A stretch of 64,000 nucleotides of DNA from a virus. The notes beneath the pieces were generated by a model. It was not told the DNA's origin, did not search any database, and saw nothing but the letters and a program-made list of their open reading frames with translations. Both the position numbers and the translations under genes were made by a program. The DNA lies in the IMG/VR virus record IMGVR_UViG_3300029374_000001, positions 1 to 64,000 of that record, one strand, 5' to 3'. Below, one piece after another: positions 40,448-50,703 of this stretch (positions are counted from its first letter, which is position 1; every line of letters starts with the position of its first letter).

Positions 40448-41194
40448 TTAATCTTTACTTGGTTGCAATAAAGCTTGTTCTAATGCTGTATAATCTTCTT
40501 CATTAGATTCCATATACATATTACATTCATCTTCTAATGAGTATTCATTAGACTCTACACCAAAGAATAATTTCTTGGCCATCTGTTTGAGTCCATGACC
40601 AGAAATGCTAGCATCGACTAATTTAAGTTTTACACCAGCTCTTTTGCATATTTTATCAAATGTAGTCAATTCGGATTTAATACCAGTCTGTTTAGCAAAA
40701 GAAGTAGCTATAGGTTTCTCCCAAGAAAATGGGTCTTTCTTAAACATACCACCATGCTGAGCGTAAGGAGATGGAATTACTTTATCGCCTCCAAATGTAG
40801 CTTTAGCTACAGATGCACTAGGGCATTGTAAGAATACAACATCCGCATTCTTTTCTCTATCATACCAATCTTTATCTACGACAAGAATTTTCTTTTTCTT
40901 ATCATATTCTATAGAACGAATATGATTATAATCTACCCATCTAAATAATGCATCTGCTGGTGTATCGGCACTATATACAGACACAATACGATTATACATT
41001 GCCAATGGAATTATAAAACCAGGACCAACAATAGAAATACCATGAATAAGAGTACCCCAGCTTCTAGCCGAAACAATAGCATATTGTTTCTTATTATCTC
41101 CAGATTCTAAATAATAATCGCAATCATTTTCTAAAGAATATTCTAACAATCCGCGTTGATTTTCATCTTCTAATCTAAATTCTAAATCTTCCAT
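40448..41194 (-). CDS. hypothetical protein carrying the shared module ESNEYSLEDECNMYME at its C-terminus
   Basis: 248-aa ORF. Confidence 0.45.
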   Translation of the reverse strand: MEDLEFRLEDENQRGLLEYSLENDCDYYLESGDNKKQYAIVSARSWGTLIHGISIVGPGFIIPLAMYNRIVSVYSADTPADALFRWVDYNHIRSIEYDKKKKILVVDKDWYDREKNADVVFLQCPSASVAKATFGGDKVIPSPYAQHGGMFKKDPFSWEKPIATSFAKQTGIKSELTTFDKICKRAGVKLKLVDASISGHGLKQMAKKLFFGVESNEYSLEDECNMYMESNEEDYTALEQALLQPSKD

Positions 41195-41211
41195 AATAAT
41201 TGACCCTTATA

Positions 41212-42063
41212 TTAACTATACTTCTGGCAGAATTTATCTATCTGATTTTCCACAAATCTACCAAGAGGAACAACAATTGTTTCATAAGATTCTGTCACCA
41301 TAGTAACAGATTTTTTATCTTCAGATAAAGTAATGCTCTTATAAATGGGAGAGAAGTCATTGCAGATCTGATAGAAGCTATAAGACTCTTTAATCAACAA
41401 GTCTACTACATCCTGATTCATAACAGGAGCTACAGCTTCAAATCCTTCTTTAACAATCTGCTGATTACCTTTAGAAGTAATCATATGATCTAAAGAATCT
41501 CCTTCAAATCCAGCAGATTCAGAAATAATGCGATTGGTATACGCATTATCATAAGATGGATAATAGACTCTATCATAAGTAACAATTCTTAAATTAGTTA
41601 CATTGGACTGCCCATTAACAATCTTGATAGAACCTAGGCTTCTTAATGAATAGGATGGCTTCTGTCCAGCTTTCAAATCTTCATTAAACGCTCTGCCGAG
41701 TTCGTTATTAGTTCCTCTGACATGAGCTTTAACATAATCTCCATCCATCCATAACTTAGTATACCAGACTTGCTCCAAAGTGGGGTCTACTTTCTGCTGT
41801 CTGGCTAAGTTCATATCCAACGGATGACCAGCTTCTCCTTTAAAGTTGCCAGTGCTTACCAATTCTCTGATACGATCAGAGTAAATTTCTTTACGCAAAT
41901 CTGCTTCTGTATAATAACGTCTGTTTCTATTTAATTTCATTGCCTGTTGTAGTGTACATTCAGCAACCAAGAAGCCATTATCATTACGAATTACGTCGCA
42001 AGAGACGCAATCTGCAACCCCTTCGTTGATAATATATGCTACAGGTTTATCTGATATTGGCAT
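41212..42063 (-). CDS. hypothetical protein. Possibly a prohead protease or core protein, judged by position next to an acidic scaffold-like protein only.
   Basis: 283-aa ORF. No catalytic motif confirmed. Confidence 0.4.
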   Translation of the reverse strand: MPISDKPVAYIINEGVADCVSCDVIRNDNGFLVAECTLQQAMKLNRNRRYYTEADLRKEIYSDRIRELVSTGNFKGEAGHPLDMNLARQQKVDPTLEQVWYTKLWMDGDYVKAHVRGTNNELGRAFNEDLKAGQKPSYSLRSLGSIKIVNGQSNVTNLRIVTYDRVYYPSYDNAYTNRIISESAGFEGDSLDHMITSKGNQQIVKEGFEAVAPVMNQDVVDLLIKESYSFYQICNDFSPIYKSITLSEDKKSVTMVTESYETIVVPLGRFVENQIDKFCQKYS

Positions 42064-42130
42064 AAGATATAACCTCCTTTATGTATTAGCAATTATAATT
42101 ATGTTTCAGTAGTAAAACTGTCAGAAGATA

Positions 42131-42156
42131 AGAAGAGATCTATATAGATCTCTTCT
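42131..42156. terminator. AGAAGAGATCTAtaTAGATCTCTTCT
   Basis: 12-bp perfect palindrome followed by tatttctttttt on the plus strand. Confidence 0.4.
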
Positions 42157-42177
42157 ATATTTCTTTTTTATAATAAA

Positions 42178-43446
42178 TTAGTTCTTAGCCATAGCTGCCT
42201 TATTTACATCCTGAGCCAGATCAAACATCTTTTCTTCTTCTCTTCCAACATTCAGGGAATCCTGAGAATTAAACGAGCCAGAAGGTTCATCTACATTCTT
42301 ATCCATTCCTTTCAGGAATCCTTTAGAACGTTCAGTTTCTGCATTGATATCAGAGCCTTCAAAATCATTAAACATTTCTACATCGTCCAGATCATCAGTA
42401 CCCATAGCATCAAACAGATCTTCTACCGCTCCATCAGAAGACATATCTTTACCTTTAACGTCTTCATTGGATACTTCCACACTATCTTCCAGTTCTTCAA
42501 AAGTTTCTTCCAAGCTGGCATTCAAATCTTCATCTTCAAACATATTTAAGTCTCCTTCTTCATGGGATTCAATTATTCCGGGTCTAGTTCCATCTGTTAA
42601 AGGAACAACAGGCCCTGCAGGCTCATTAGCCGGTGCATTGCTGCTGGTCAGATCGACCGTAGTATGTTTTTCTGGTGTATTATCAAACATATCGGGTTCT
42701 ACATCATCCAGATCAGTATCATCGTCGATGTCATCTTCAATATCGATATTGGGAGGAAGAACGGCATCATCATTATGATCTAAGCTGGCACCCTGTTTAG
42801 GATCAGCATCAGTCAAAATAGACCCAGGCACGTTATCTGTACCGGTATCATTATCTTCTGTCGGATTCATTTTAAATATAGGAGCATCCGATTTTACACC
42901 ATCATCTCCTAAGATTTCTCCATCCGTATCTACATCTTTGTCTACCAATTCTGTAGTATGGGGAGCTGTATGAGGAACATGAGCATCTCCACATTCACAA
43001 GGAGCATGATGACAGAATTCACATACTTTACCAGTATTTTCATCATTCAAAGAAAACGGAATATCTCCTACATCTTCATTAATTACTTTATCTACGTAAT
43101 CATAAATAGAAGCCCCTTCTTTGAGATCTTTAATATCATCTTTAGTTACAAGAGCATTGGCACTAACATCCTGCTCCAATTCTTGAATCTCTTTATCCTG
43201 TTCTGCTTCTCTGGCATCTACATCTACTGGGTCATAATCTCCCGGTTCTTTGCCAGCATCAATATCTTCAATATCTTTATCAGAAATCAGAACGTTATCT
43301 GTAATTCCAATAACAGCATCAAGAGCCTGATCATCTACTTCAGTAGAAGCTTCAAAGTCTACATCAGCATCTTCTTCGGCTGATTTATCTAAGACTACAT
43401 CGATAGCATCTTGTGCAGCTTCCATAATAGAATCAAAATCTACCAT
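42178..43446 (-). CDS. highly acidic Asp/Glu-rich protein (422 aa) with a Cys/His cluster CEFCHHAPCECGDAHVPH. Scaffold or internal-protein-like.
   Basis: ORF. Composition is extremely acidic. Confidence 0.5.
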   Translation of the reverse strand: MVDFDSIMEAAQDAIDVVLDKSAEEDADVDFEASTEVDDQALDAVIGITDNVLISDKDIEDIDAGKEPGDYDPVDVDAREAEQDKEIQELEQDVSANALVTKDDIKDLKEGASIYDYVDKVINEDVGDIPFSLNDENTGKVCEFCHHAPCECGDAHVPHTAPHTTELVDKDVDTDGEILGDDGVKSDAPIFKMNPTEDNDTGTDNVPGSILTDADPKQGASLDHNDDAVLPPNIDIEDDIDDDTDLDDVEPDMFDNTPEKHTTVDLTSSNAPANEPAGPVVPLTDGTRPGIIESHEEGDLNMFEDEDLNASLEETFEELEDSVEVSNEDVKGKDMSSDGAVEDLFDAMGTDDLDDVEMFNDFEGSDINAETERSKGFLKGMDKNVDEPSGSFNSQDSLNVGREEEKMFDLAQDVNKAAMAKN

Positions 43447-43467
43447 TATATTATAATCCTCCTTCGA

Positions 43468-43668
43468 TTAATCTCCCAATTTTTCAAGTAAAACGGGATC
43501 TGTTATTTCTGTAGGAAATAAATTATCTAATTGTTCTTCCAAATAAGAACCATTATAAATATCTTCGTCTATAGCGAGATCTTCCACCATGGACACAGAT
43601 ATTTCAACATGATCTTCTTCATTCATGGTTTCATTAATGAGATCGACAAAACCATCCTTTAGATCCAT
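43468..43668 (-). CDS. small acidic protein
   Basis: 66-aa ORF. Confidence 0.35.
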   Translation of the reverse strand: MDLKDGFVDLINETMNEEDHVEISVSMVEDLAIDEDIYNGSYLEEQLDNLFPTEITDPVLLEKLGD

Positions 43669-43729
43669 CTCTCTATCTCCTTTCTATAGTCAAATAGATT
43701 TAATTATATGTTTATAATAAGCATTTTAA

Positions 43730-45250
43730 TTAGTCGGAAGGCTTATCTGTACAAGTTAAGCACCCTTTAGGACAGGAACGGAGAGATAAATTACCAGGAG
43801 ACCCATTAGATTTCTGAGATGATGGATCTTCCATAGAATTATTTGATGATGATGTACTAGGAAGATTGTTGATTGTCTGCTGTAGAATATAGATCAGCAT
43901 AGGAATTGCATAATATAATTCTTTACAAGGTTTGAAATCAATATTATTGATATCTGCAATCATTGTATATGTAATAGGCAATCCGGCAAAGTAATTATAA
44001 ATAATCTTATAGTACTTCTTATAATTAGGAAGCTTAGCCAATATATCTTGACAAGAGCATCCACATGGACAAGAAGAACTCTTAGGATCTTCGTTAGAAT
44101 ACCCTGGTAAGAGATTAATCATATCTGTATCAAATAACGGAATCTTCTCTAATAATGGAGAACCAAATGGAGATCCATCATCATCTCTATATGTAATCAT
44201 ATAGTATGGTTCAATACGATGTGTTAAGAGAGACATTGGATCTTGTACCAACATACCATAGCCATCATAATAACAAACTGTTGTATTGAGCGGATCTTCT
44301 AATAATCTAAAGATTGTTTTATTATAATCAATATGTAAATACATCGGCGGTAATGCTGGCTGAGATACATGGATATAGGGTACTCTGGATACTGAGAAGA
44401 TCTTATGTCTAATTAAGAACTCTATCAAGTACGGATCATAGAAAAAATAATCCCAGAATCCATATTTAAATACAAATGTCTGTGTAGATTGCTGGAAGAA
44501 CAATTCCACATAGGCTTGTTTCAACATCTCTATCAATTGGTTATACGAATTCATTAGGTTAAATGTATTCATATCAACCAATACATTATTATTGGATCCT
44601 GAAGAGGATGTATTCGGACCTGTACCAGATTTACCAATATTATCTGCCATATATTGGTATTCGTTGATTACTTGCGGATTGATATTTTCCCCAATAGATT
44701 CTAACTTATAAGAGATCTTATAAAAATTAGAACCATTTGGGAATGTATCTATATTGACAGAAGTAACGCGGAAGAGTACTTCTCTTCCAGATTTATTGAT
44801 ATAATCAATAGAGAAATAAGAATGCTGATAAGGAATAAATGTATTCGGAGGTAAATAAGCTTCTCCTTCTATTGGATCGGCTTCTGCGCCCCATTCTCCC
44901 ATATCAATGGATAATTCCATATTCTGAATGCCATAGAGAATAACTCCATTGATTTTATCAAATCTAAATCCGGATGCTGGTCCTATGAAATTATATGCAT
45001 TATCAATTACTTCATCTAATGTGGTATGTTCTTTATTGATATTATAGAACGTAACCTTAGTCATAGATAAATTATTGAAAAAATAAAACGGGTTATCTGT
45101 AATACGATTAATACTGGAATTGGTAAGAGACTCTACAATATTTGTTCTCTGATTCCCATTATTGGAAATAGAAGTTGCTGCAATGGTAGAGTTGTTTGTT
45201 ATTCTTGGTTGCGAGGGGTTAAGAATAGTTTGTTTGCTAAAAGAACCCAT
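43730..45250 (-). CDS. hypothetical protein (506 aa), Asn/Ser-rich N-terminus, probably structural
   Basis: ORF. Confidence 0.5.
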   Translation of the reverse strand: MGSFSKQTILNPSQPRITNNSTIAATSISNNGNQRTNIVESLTNSSINRITDNPFYFFNNLSMTKVTFYNINKEHTTLDEVIDNAYNFIGPASGFRFDKINGVILYGIQNMELSIDMGEWGAEADPIEGEAYLPPNTFIPYQHSYFSIDYINKSGREVLFRVTSVNIDTFPNGSNFYKISYKLESIGENINPQVINEYQYMADNIGKSGTGPNTSSSGSNNNVLVDMNTFNLMNSYNQLIEMLKQAYVELFFQQSTQTFVFKYGFWDYFFYDPYLIEFLIRHKIFSVSRVPYIHVSQPALPPMYLHIDYNKTIFRLLEDPLNTTVCYYDGYGMLVQDPMSLLTHRIEPYYMITYRDDDGSPFGSPLLEKIPLFDTDMINLLPGYSNEDPKSSSCPCGCSCQDILAKLPNYKKYYKIIYNYFAGLPITYTMIADINNIDFKPCKELYYAIPMLIYILQQTINNLPSTSSSNNSMEDPSSQKSNGSPGNLSLRSCPKGCLTCTDKPSD

Positions 45251-45317
45251 AGTTATATCACCTTCTTTTCATATTATAAGAATGTTTTACAATATGCTTA
45301 TTAGGGAGACAAAAAAT

Positions 45318-45343
45318 AAACTAGAGCTATATAGCTCTAGTTT
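45318..45343. terminator. AAACTAGAGCTAtaTAGCTCTAGTTT
   Basis: A-run, stem and T-run, bidirectional. Confidence 0.5.
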
Positions 45344-45353
45344 ATTATAATAA

Positions 45354-45989
45354 TTAAGGTTTGTCTTCTGGATGGATTATTTTGATATTTATTGGTTTGG
45401 CATCTTTAAACATTTTCCCATAATCAGGAGGATAGGGGATATAGTTTGCATTTTTTGTAGTATCTATTTTGACTGTATCATTTTCTTCTTCGTCATCGTT
45501 TAGATATTCTTCTCCCCATGTATTTAGTATACAATCACGATATTCCTCATCTGAGTGTTGCCAATCAATATGAAAATCGATAGAACCTTTTTCTTTATAG
45601 ATATGACCAGCATTTTCAGGAATTCCTTCATCGGCAAACCATATTTCAATTTCTCTATCTTGATATTTCTTAAATAGTTCTTTAAAGATAGGAATCGGAA
45701 TATTCCATGCAGTATCAAACTGCATTATATTATCATCGATACGTTCAAAACCACATGAATTCCACTTTGTACCCCAATATGTATTGGACCATACAAACCA
45801 ATCAGTACATCCTGTACTTATAAAGCAATGCATTATATTTGCAAAATAATTTAAAACCATTTTTGTACTCGGAGGATTTTCGTCAAACCTATTTGCTACA
45901 TATTTTTCAACCAAATCATAAATATTGTTATATCGTATTATATCTATAGAAGTGCGACTATTTCGAATTTCTTTATAAATTAAGTCCAT
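45354..45989 (-). CDS. hypothetical protein (211 aa). It may be the distal part of a gene that starts at 46178 and is interrupted by an in-frame TAA.
   Basis: ORF. There is no good RBS at 45989, whereas the ATG at 46178 has AGGAGA 8 nt upstream. Confidence 0.45.
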   Translation of the reverse strand: MDLIYKEIRNSRTSIDIIRYNNIYDLVEKYVANRFDENPPSTKMVLNYFANIMHCFISTGCTDWFVWSNTYWGTKWNSCGFERIDDNIMQFDTAWNIPIPIFKELFKKYQDREIEIWFADEGIPENAGHIYKEKGSIDFHIDWQHSDEEYRDCILNTWGEEYLNDDEEENDTVKIDTTKNANYIPYPPDYGKMFKDAKPINIKIIHPEDKP

Positions 45990-46070
45990 TATATTACTAT
46001 CATTAAAGATTGATGTACTTACTATTTCGGCTTTTCTTTCTTCTGAATCGAAAGGAACATCGATTGCTGT

Positions 46071-46178
46071 TTACTTAATACATTCTGGCATAGGAATGAA
46101 TTCATTAAAATCAAAACATTCTGGATATATCCTCCCGATATCTTTCATAATGATTCTATTACGTACATGATTTGGCAT
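46071..46178 (-). pseudogene. 35-codon ORF with a strong RBS, in frame with 45354..45989 and separated from it by a single TAA. A nonsense-interrupted gene or readthrough candidate.
   Basis: Frame continuity checked: 46178 minus 45989 is 189 nt. The stretch 45990..46070 is open in the same frame. Confidence 0.3.
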
Positions 46179-46194
46179 AAAATTTCTCCTGAAG

Positions 46195-47229
46195 TTAAAA
46201 TACATCTAATGACTTATTTGGATAAGAAAAATTGTGAACATTTGAATTTCTTAATAAAATTGCATCTATAAACGAATCATAATTTAGAACGGTTATATTA
46301 AATTCCATATCTTTTGAATAATGTGGTTCTTCTCCAGACGCTTCATCGCATTCTGGTGGAATGAATTTAATAGTAGCGGATCCATCTTCATTTCGTACAA
46401 TTCCAGAACCATTAGTTCCCAACAGAATTTCTTTAAAAATTCTTAATATATACGATTTGTAAATATGGGCGGTTAATTCTGCAATTTCTTTGACTATAGT
46501 AAATTGAATGATATCCATATATTTATGATAATTCGAATAACCTATATTGTACGCCAATATATTATAAACAATTCTCACAAGTTCACTATATGGTGGAAAA
46601 TTTATATAATTAAATCGGCGATCATTATCTGATTTAATTATATCATTCCAATGCACCGGTTGTTCACAAAAGTTTTGATTTAACGCACGAATTACACATG
46701 ATGCAAATCTTATTATGTCGCCTCTTGTACGTGTTACTTTTTGATATACCTGCATGATATGAGAATAATCATATACAAAACACTCATTCTCATATTTCAT
46801 AACACTAGACGGATCTGTTTCTGCTCCTCTTACAGAGTGCAGCACAGTACATAAACATTCTGTTGATTCGATATCATCCGGAAATTCGAGTTTAAGACGC
46901 ATATATCCGGGCTTAAATTCGATATTACGATGTAAGATACAATGATAATGATTTGTCGATGTGTATACATCTATTTCAGAAATTGCAGGTCTATTATATT
47001 TAATAGTACTCTGAGATACCATATATTCGTTAGCATTTGGTTTATCCAATATAATATCGCCCGCAGTTTTGGTACCATTATTATCCTCATAATTCATATG
47101 TAATTTGATTAAGGCCTCATCTTCAATACGAATTCCACCTATTTTTATCAATACCGAAAATAAACTGCCTTCTAATTCAGAAATAATCATTTCTATTCTC
47201 TCCTTGTATATAAAAATAAAAATCTCCAA
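46195..47229 (-). CDS. hypothetical protein (344 aa)
   Basis: ORF. Confidence 0.5.
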   Translation of the reverse strand: MEIFIFIYKERIEMIISELEGSLFSVLIKIGGIRIEDEALIKLHMNYEDNNGTKTAGDIILDKPNANEYMVSQSTIKYNRPAISEIDVYTSTNHYHCILHRNIEFKPGYMRLKLEFPDDIESTECLCTVLHSVRGAETDPSSVMKYENECFVYDYSHIMQVYQKVTRTRGDIIRFASCVIRALNQNFCEQPVHWNDIIKSDNDRRFNYINFPPYSELVRIVYNILAYNIGYSNYHKYMDIIQFTIVKEIAELTAHIYKSYILRIFKEILLGTNGSGIVRNEDGSATIKFIPPECDEASGEEPHYSKDMEFNITVLNYDSFIDAILLRNSNVHNFSYPNKSLDVF

Positions 47230-47248
47230 GAGTCATATGACTCTTGGA
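47223..47248 (-). terminator. TCTCCAAGAGTCatatGACTCTTGGAG(G)
   Basis: 11-bp stem with the CATATG centre. Confidence 0.5.
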
Positions 47249-47337
47249 GGTCTTATATAGCGAAAAATCTTTAGAAATTTCATGTGATATATAGATCAAA
47301 ATCCTGTCTTGGTATATTTTGGTTTTATACGATAATA

Positions 47338-47766
47338 TTAATAGAGACAGGTATATTCTCTACCGTTCTTAGATGTTCTTTTACCAATACGGCAAGTAAA
47401 CGGTTCGTCAATGACTTTACCTTCTAACTGATTTCTAATGGTAGACGAACCAGTATTGACATAGCTGTCTTCTCCATTTCCATCAACAAATTTCAAAGTC
47501 ATATATTCTTTATCATCACCCTGTTTGGACTTACGTATTCTTACTTCTGTTACGGTAATCTCTTGATCAAGAATATCATTCACATAATATTTCTTTCTAT
47601 TTTCTCTTTCTTCTGGACCATCATTCGGTGATCCATCTTTGTTAGCTAATTCTGAAAAAGACTTAGCTTTAACTGATGTTGTATCAGATGTCTCTACTTT
47701 TGTTTCATTTTCAGTTTGTTTGAAGTTGTTGTTTGATCCATTGTTATGAAATCTAAAATCTGCCAT
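47338..47766 (-). CDS. hypothetical protein
   Basis: 142-aa ORF. Confidence 0.45.
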   Translation of the reverse strand: MADFRFHNNGSNNNFKQTENETKVETSDTTSVKAKSFSELANKDGSPNDGPEERENRKKYYVNDILDQEITVTEVRIRKSKQGDDKEYMTLKFVDGNGEDSYVNTGSSTIRNQLEGKVIDEPFTCRIGKRTSKNGREYTCLY

Positions 47767-47858
47767 TTAGAATTCCATCCTTTCTTTGTGTGTGATAAAT
47801 ATACGTAGACTAAAAATGATTTGATCTAATACATCAGTGTTATAATATATATTGGAAA

Positions 47859-48263
47859 TTATTTTTCCATCATATCCATATCTAATATTTTACCAATAGT
47901 AAATATAGATATAAGAATCCGACGGAATTCAATAGATAACGGTTGTAATGCATCCCATTTTGAATACATATCCAATAATTTATAATAATATTGCTTGAAT
48001 ACAGGAGTATATATAGAAATTTTATCTGAATCCTTACCATATATTTTAAAATAGTTCTTTTTAAGGAATCGTTCCCATATATCCAAAATAATTAAGGACT
48101 CACTTTTATTAATTTGAAGCGTAGTCATTTCATTAGATTCAGATACGGTGGATTCCTCAAGTTTGTTAAGAATTTCTTTAATATTCTCTATTTCATCTTG
48201 AATAATATGCAATTCACTGACTTCAATATGAACGTAGTTATTACCATTCCATTCATCATACAT
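47859..48263 (-). CDS. hypothetical protein
   Basis: 134-aa ORF. Confidence 0.45.
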   Translation of the reverse strand: MYDEWNGNNYVHIEVSELHIIQDEIENIKEILNKLEESTVSESNEMTTLQINKSESLIILDIWERFLKKNYFKIYGKDSDKISIYTPVFKQYYYKLLDMYSKWDALQPLSIEFRRILISIFTIGKILDMDMMEK

Positions 48264-48396
48264 TTTCTTTTACCTCTTTCTTAGTTTTTGTAATCTTATC
48301 TTGTTCTTCTATATATTCTTGTTCTAATTTATCATATTCTTTTTTGACTTTTGGGTTCTTTAGCATTTCATCTCTAACTTCATCATACTTTTTCAT
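48256..48396 (-). CDS. small Lys/Glu-rich protein (start moved to MKKYDEV, which has AAAAGGA upstream)
   Basis: The ORF-track start at 48447 overlaps the upstream gene by 65 nt. The internal ATG has an RBS. Confidence 0.35.
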   Translation of the reverse strand: MKKYDEVRDEMLKNPKVKKEYDKLEQEYIEEQDKITKTKKEVKENV

Positions 48397-49144
48397 TTTG
48401 GTTTTCCTTTTCAAATTTAACAGTGATTTTATATAGTGGAGTATCATCTATCGAATATACTAATATAGAATCTTTATCAAAATTAACACGACAAAACGGA
48501 TGCCGATGCAATTGTGAAGTAGATCGATCGGCCATATCTTTGCAAGCTGAAGTCAACCGTTTATAATTGAGATTACGATACTTAAATAAGAATGTATTGG
48601 CCGTAATGATAGATTTATTGCTATAATCAGATATTATCATCTTCGTAGCAGGACTATCTAAGAATGAGTTAGACAACTCTCCAGTCTCTCTATATACAAT
48701 ATTGACATATAGCATAGATGCATATCTAACCATATTATCAATATCATTTATATAAATATTAGCGTTGAAATATTTATGCAAGAGATATTCTATGATGCAC
48801 TTTGCACTCAATTCCATATCTGATTCAAAATCGGTACACAGTGCCAATGTGGGAACTTTTTGCAATACTACACAATAATTTAAAAATAATATATCATCGC
48901 ATATATAATTATATAGATATATAGGAAATTCGTAATATGCTCTACTATATTTATAAATATCACTGTTCCATACTTCCATTAATTCGCTTATGAATGGCAT
49001 AGGCGTCTCATCATTGACCATATCAGGTTTTATAAAATACTTTTTAAACTCATCTAAACTATCGACTTTTTCAAATTTCAAATGCTTTTCGTAAACTGGA
49101 ATAAGCTTCTCATAGCAATCTTGAATGAGTTGATCTTCGTACAT
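48383..49144 (-). CDS. hypothetical protein (253 aa)
   Basis: ORF. Confidence 0.5.
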   Translation of the reverse strand: MYEDQLIQDCYEKLIPVYEKHLKFEKVDSLDEFKKYFIKPDMVNDETPMPFISELMEVWNSDIYKYSRAYYEFPIYLYNYICDDILFLNYCVVLQKVPTLALCTDFESDMELSAKCIIEYLLHKYFNANIYINDIDNMVRYASMLYVNIVYRETGELSNSFLDSPATKMIISDYSNKSIITANTFLFKYRNLNYKRLTSACKDMADRSTSQLHRHPFCRVNFDKDSILVYSIDDTPLYKITVKFEKENQNEKV

Positions 49145-49175
49145 AATATACTCCTCCTTTTATTTTGTTTCCCCT

Positions 49176-49643
49176 TTATAAAGAATCTTTCTTAGCAGAA
49201 ATATTTAAAATACTGCCAATAGCGTATAATTTTGTAACTATATCGGTCATTCCGTTTTCAAACGCAGAACGTTTATCAAAATTTGGAGTTGGTTTATGAT
49301 GAATACGCAACTTTTTACATAAATCAATTAATGTATAAAACTCATTAACAAATGGCGCGGTATAAATAATATAGCGATTTTCTTTTGTTTTAAAATATTC
49401 GTTCTCTGTTATTTCTGTCACAAATCCAGTCATTACTTTTAATGATGTTATCAAACGATTAGATGTCTCTGATTCTAAATACTCAACTTGTAATGATAAG
49501 ATTGTTGTAATATCTTCTATCTTTTTACAAATCATATTCATTTCTTCTGGTGAAATCAGTATATAATTTATATCCACCGAGTATGATTCTTCTGATTTAT
49601 TATCACTTTTTAGCCATCCGATTATTGAATTTATAATTTTCAT
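49176..49643 (-). CDS. hypothetical protein, tandem paralogue of 49640..50068
   Basis: Shared motifs YIIY(T/K)(A/V)PF and IG(S/C)IL(N/D)I. Confidence 0.5.
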   Translation of the reverse strand: MKIINSIIGWLKSDNKSEESYSVDINYILISPEEMNMICKKIEDITTILSLQVEYLESETSNRLITSLKVMTGFVTEITENEYFKTKENRYIIYTAPFVNEFYTLIDLCKKLRIHHKPTPNFDKRSAFENGMTDIVTKLYAIGSILNISAKKDSL

Positions 49644-50068
49644 TTGTCCTCCTTTTTAAATTGGTCACACATTGGTATATCTAAAATACATCCAATAATA
49701 TATAAATAACCAATAACGCGTATGATATCGTACTGGAATTCTGCTTTGATCTTAATATCATCAATTGTATAATGATTATAAAATGAACTTTTAAAAGCAT
49801 TTGATAAACGATGATACGATTCGATGAACGGTACTTTATAAATAATATACTGATTATCTTCTGTTCTAAAATCTTGAGAATCAAGAATTATACTCATATA
49901 TCTATTCCATATTTTCAGATACATAACAATATCATTAGATGCTTGAGCAGAAAAATAAGATGAATACCTTGCGGCAATTCTGGTAATGTTATCGATACTA
50001 TTTGAAAGAGATAGTAGTCTTCCTACCCTTTCGGGTGGAATAATAATACTGTTTTCTAAATCACTCAT
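49640..50068 (-). CDS. hypothetical protein, tandem paralogue of 49176..49643
   Basis: As above. 4-nt overlap ATGA. Confidence 0.5.
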   Translation of the reverse strand: MSDLENSIIIPPERVGRLLSLSNSIDNITRIAARYSSYFSAQASNDIVMYLKIWNRYMSIILDSQDFRTEDNQYIIYKVPFIESYHRLSNAFKSSFYNHYTIDDIKIKAEFQYDIIRVIGYLYIIGCILDIPMCDQFKKEDK

Positions 50069-50095
50069 ACTTATCTTTCCTCCTTTAAAAATAAT

Positions 50096-50587
50096 TTATA
50101 TTTTATTACGTTGTATATTTTCACTCAAATTTCGTAATCTGGCATGTATTAATTCAGAATTCATATTCGATCTTACTGATTTCTGAAATATAATATAAAT
50201 TTCTCTCATAGTAGATGGGAAATCGTCTTCAAAAATATACCCATATTCGTTCATTCGATCTGCATAATAATCTAGTATTTTATCCTTATACATATCATAC
50301 AATTTAGCATATTTCAATATTGCAAATAAGACTCCTATACTAATAATAAATTTATCATACTTATTCATAGTATAATCAAAAGAATAACCGTCATCGCTTA
50401 GTTCTATCGATTCTATAGTATCCATAAACGATTGAATGGTCTCAACATGATCTAACGGTTTTTTATTATCTACTAAATCCAATAAAAAATCCATTTTATG
50501 AACAATAAGATCACCAGTAATGGTCAAGATCGAACGTTTTAATACATAATATCTATACTTCTCGTTAATTAACCACAATAATTTCAT
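50096..50587 (-). CDS. hypothetical protein, preceded by the second copy of the 60-nt leader (50586..50644)
   Basis: 163-aa ORF. Confidence 0.45.
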   Translation of the reverse strand: MKLLWLINEKYRYYVLKRSILTITGDLIVHKMDFLLDLVDNKKPLDHVETIQSFMDTIESIELSDDGYSFDYTMNKYDKFIISIGVLFAILKYAKLYDMYKDKILDYYADRMNEYGYIFEDDFPSTMREIYIIFQKSVRSNMNSELIHARLRNLSENIQRNKI

Positions 50588-50670
50588 AATATCTTCTCCT
50601 TTTGTAAAATATAAATGAACTTCTCATACTTATAATATATAATTAAAAAAAAATAAAAGTCAATAGAATA

Positions 50671-50696
50671 TCCCATAGAGCCTATGCTCTATGGGA
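50671..50696 (-). terminator. TCCCATAGAGCctatGCTCTATGGGA
   Basis: 11-bp stem preceded by an A-run on the plus strand. Confidence 0.5.
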
Positions 50697-50703
50697 GTTC
50701 GTA

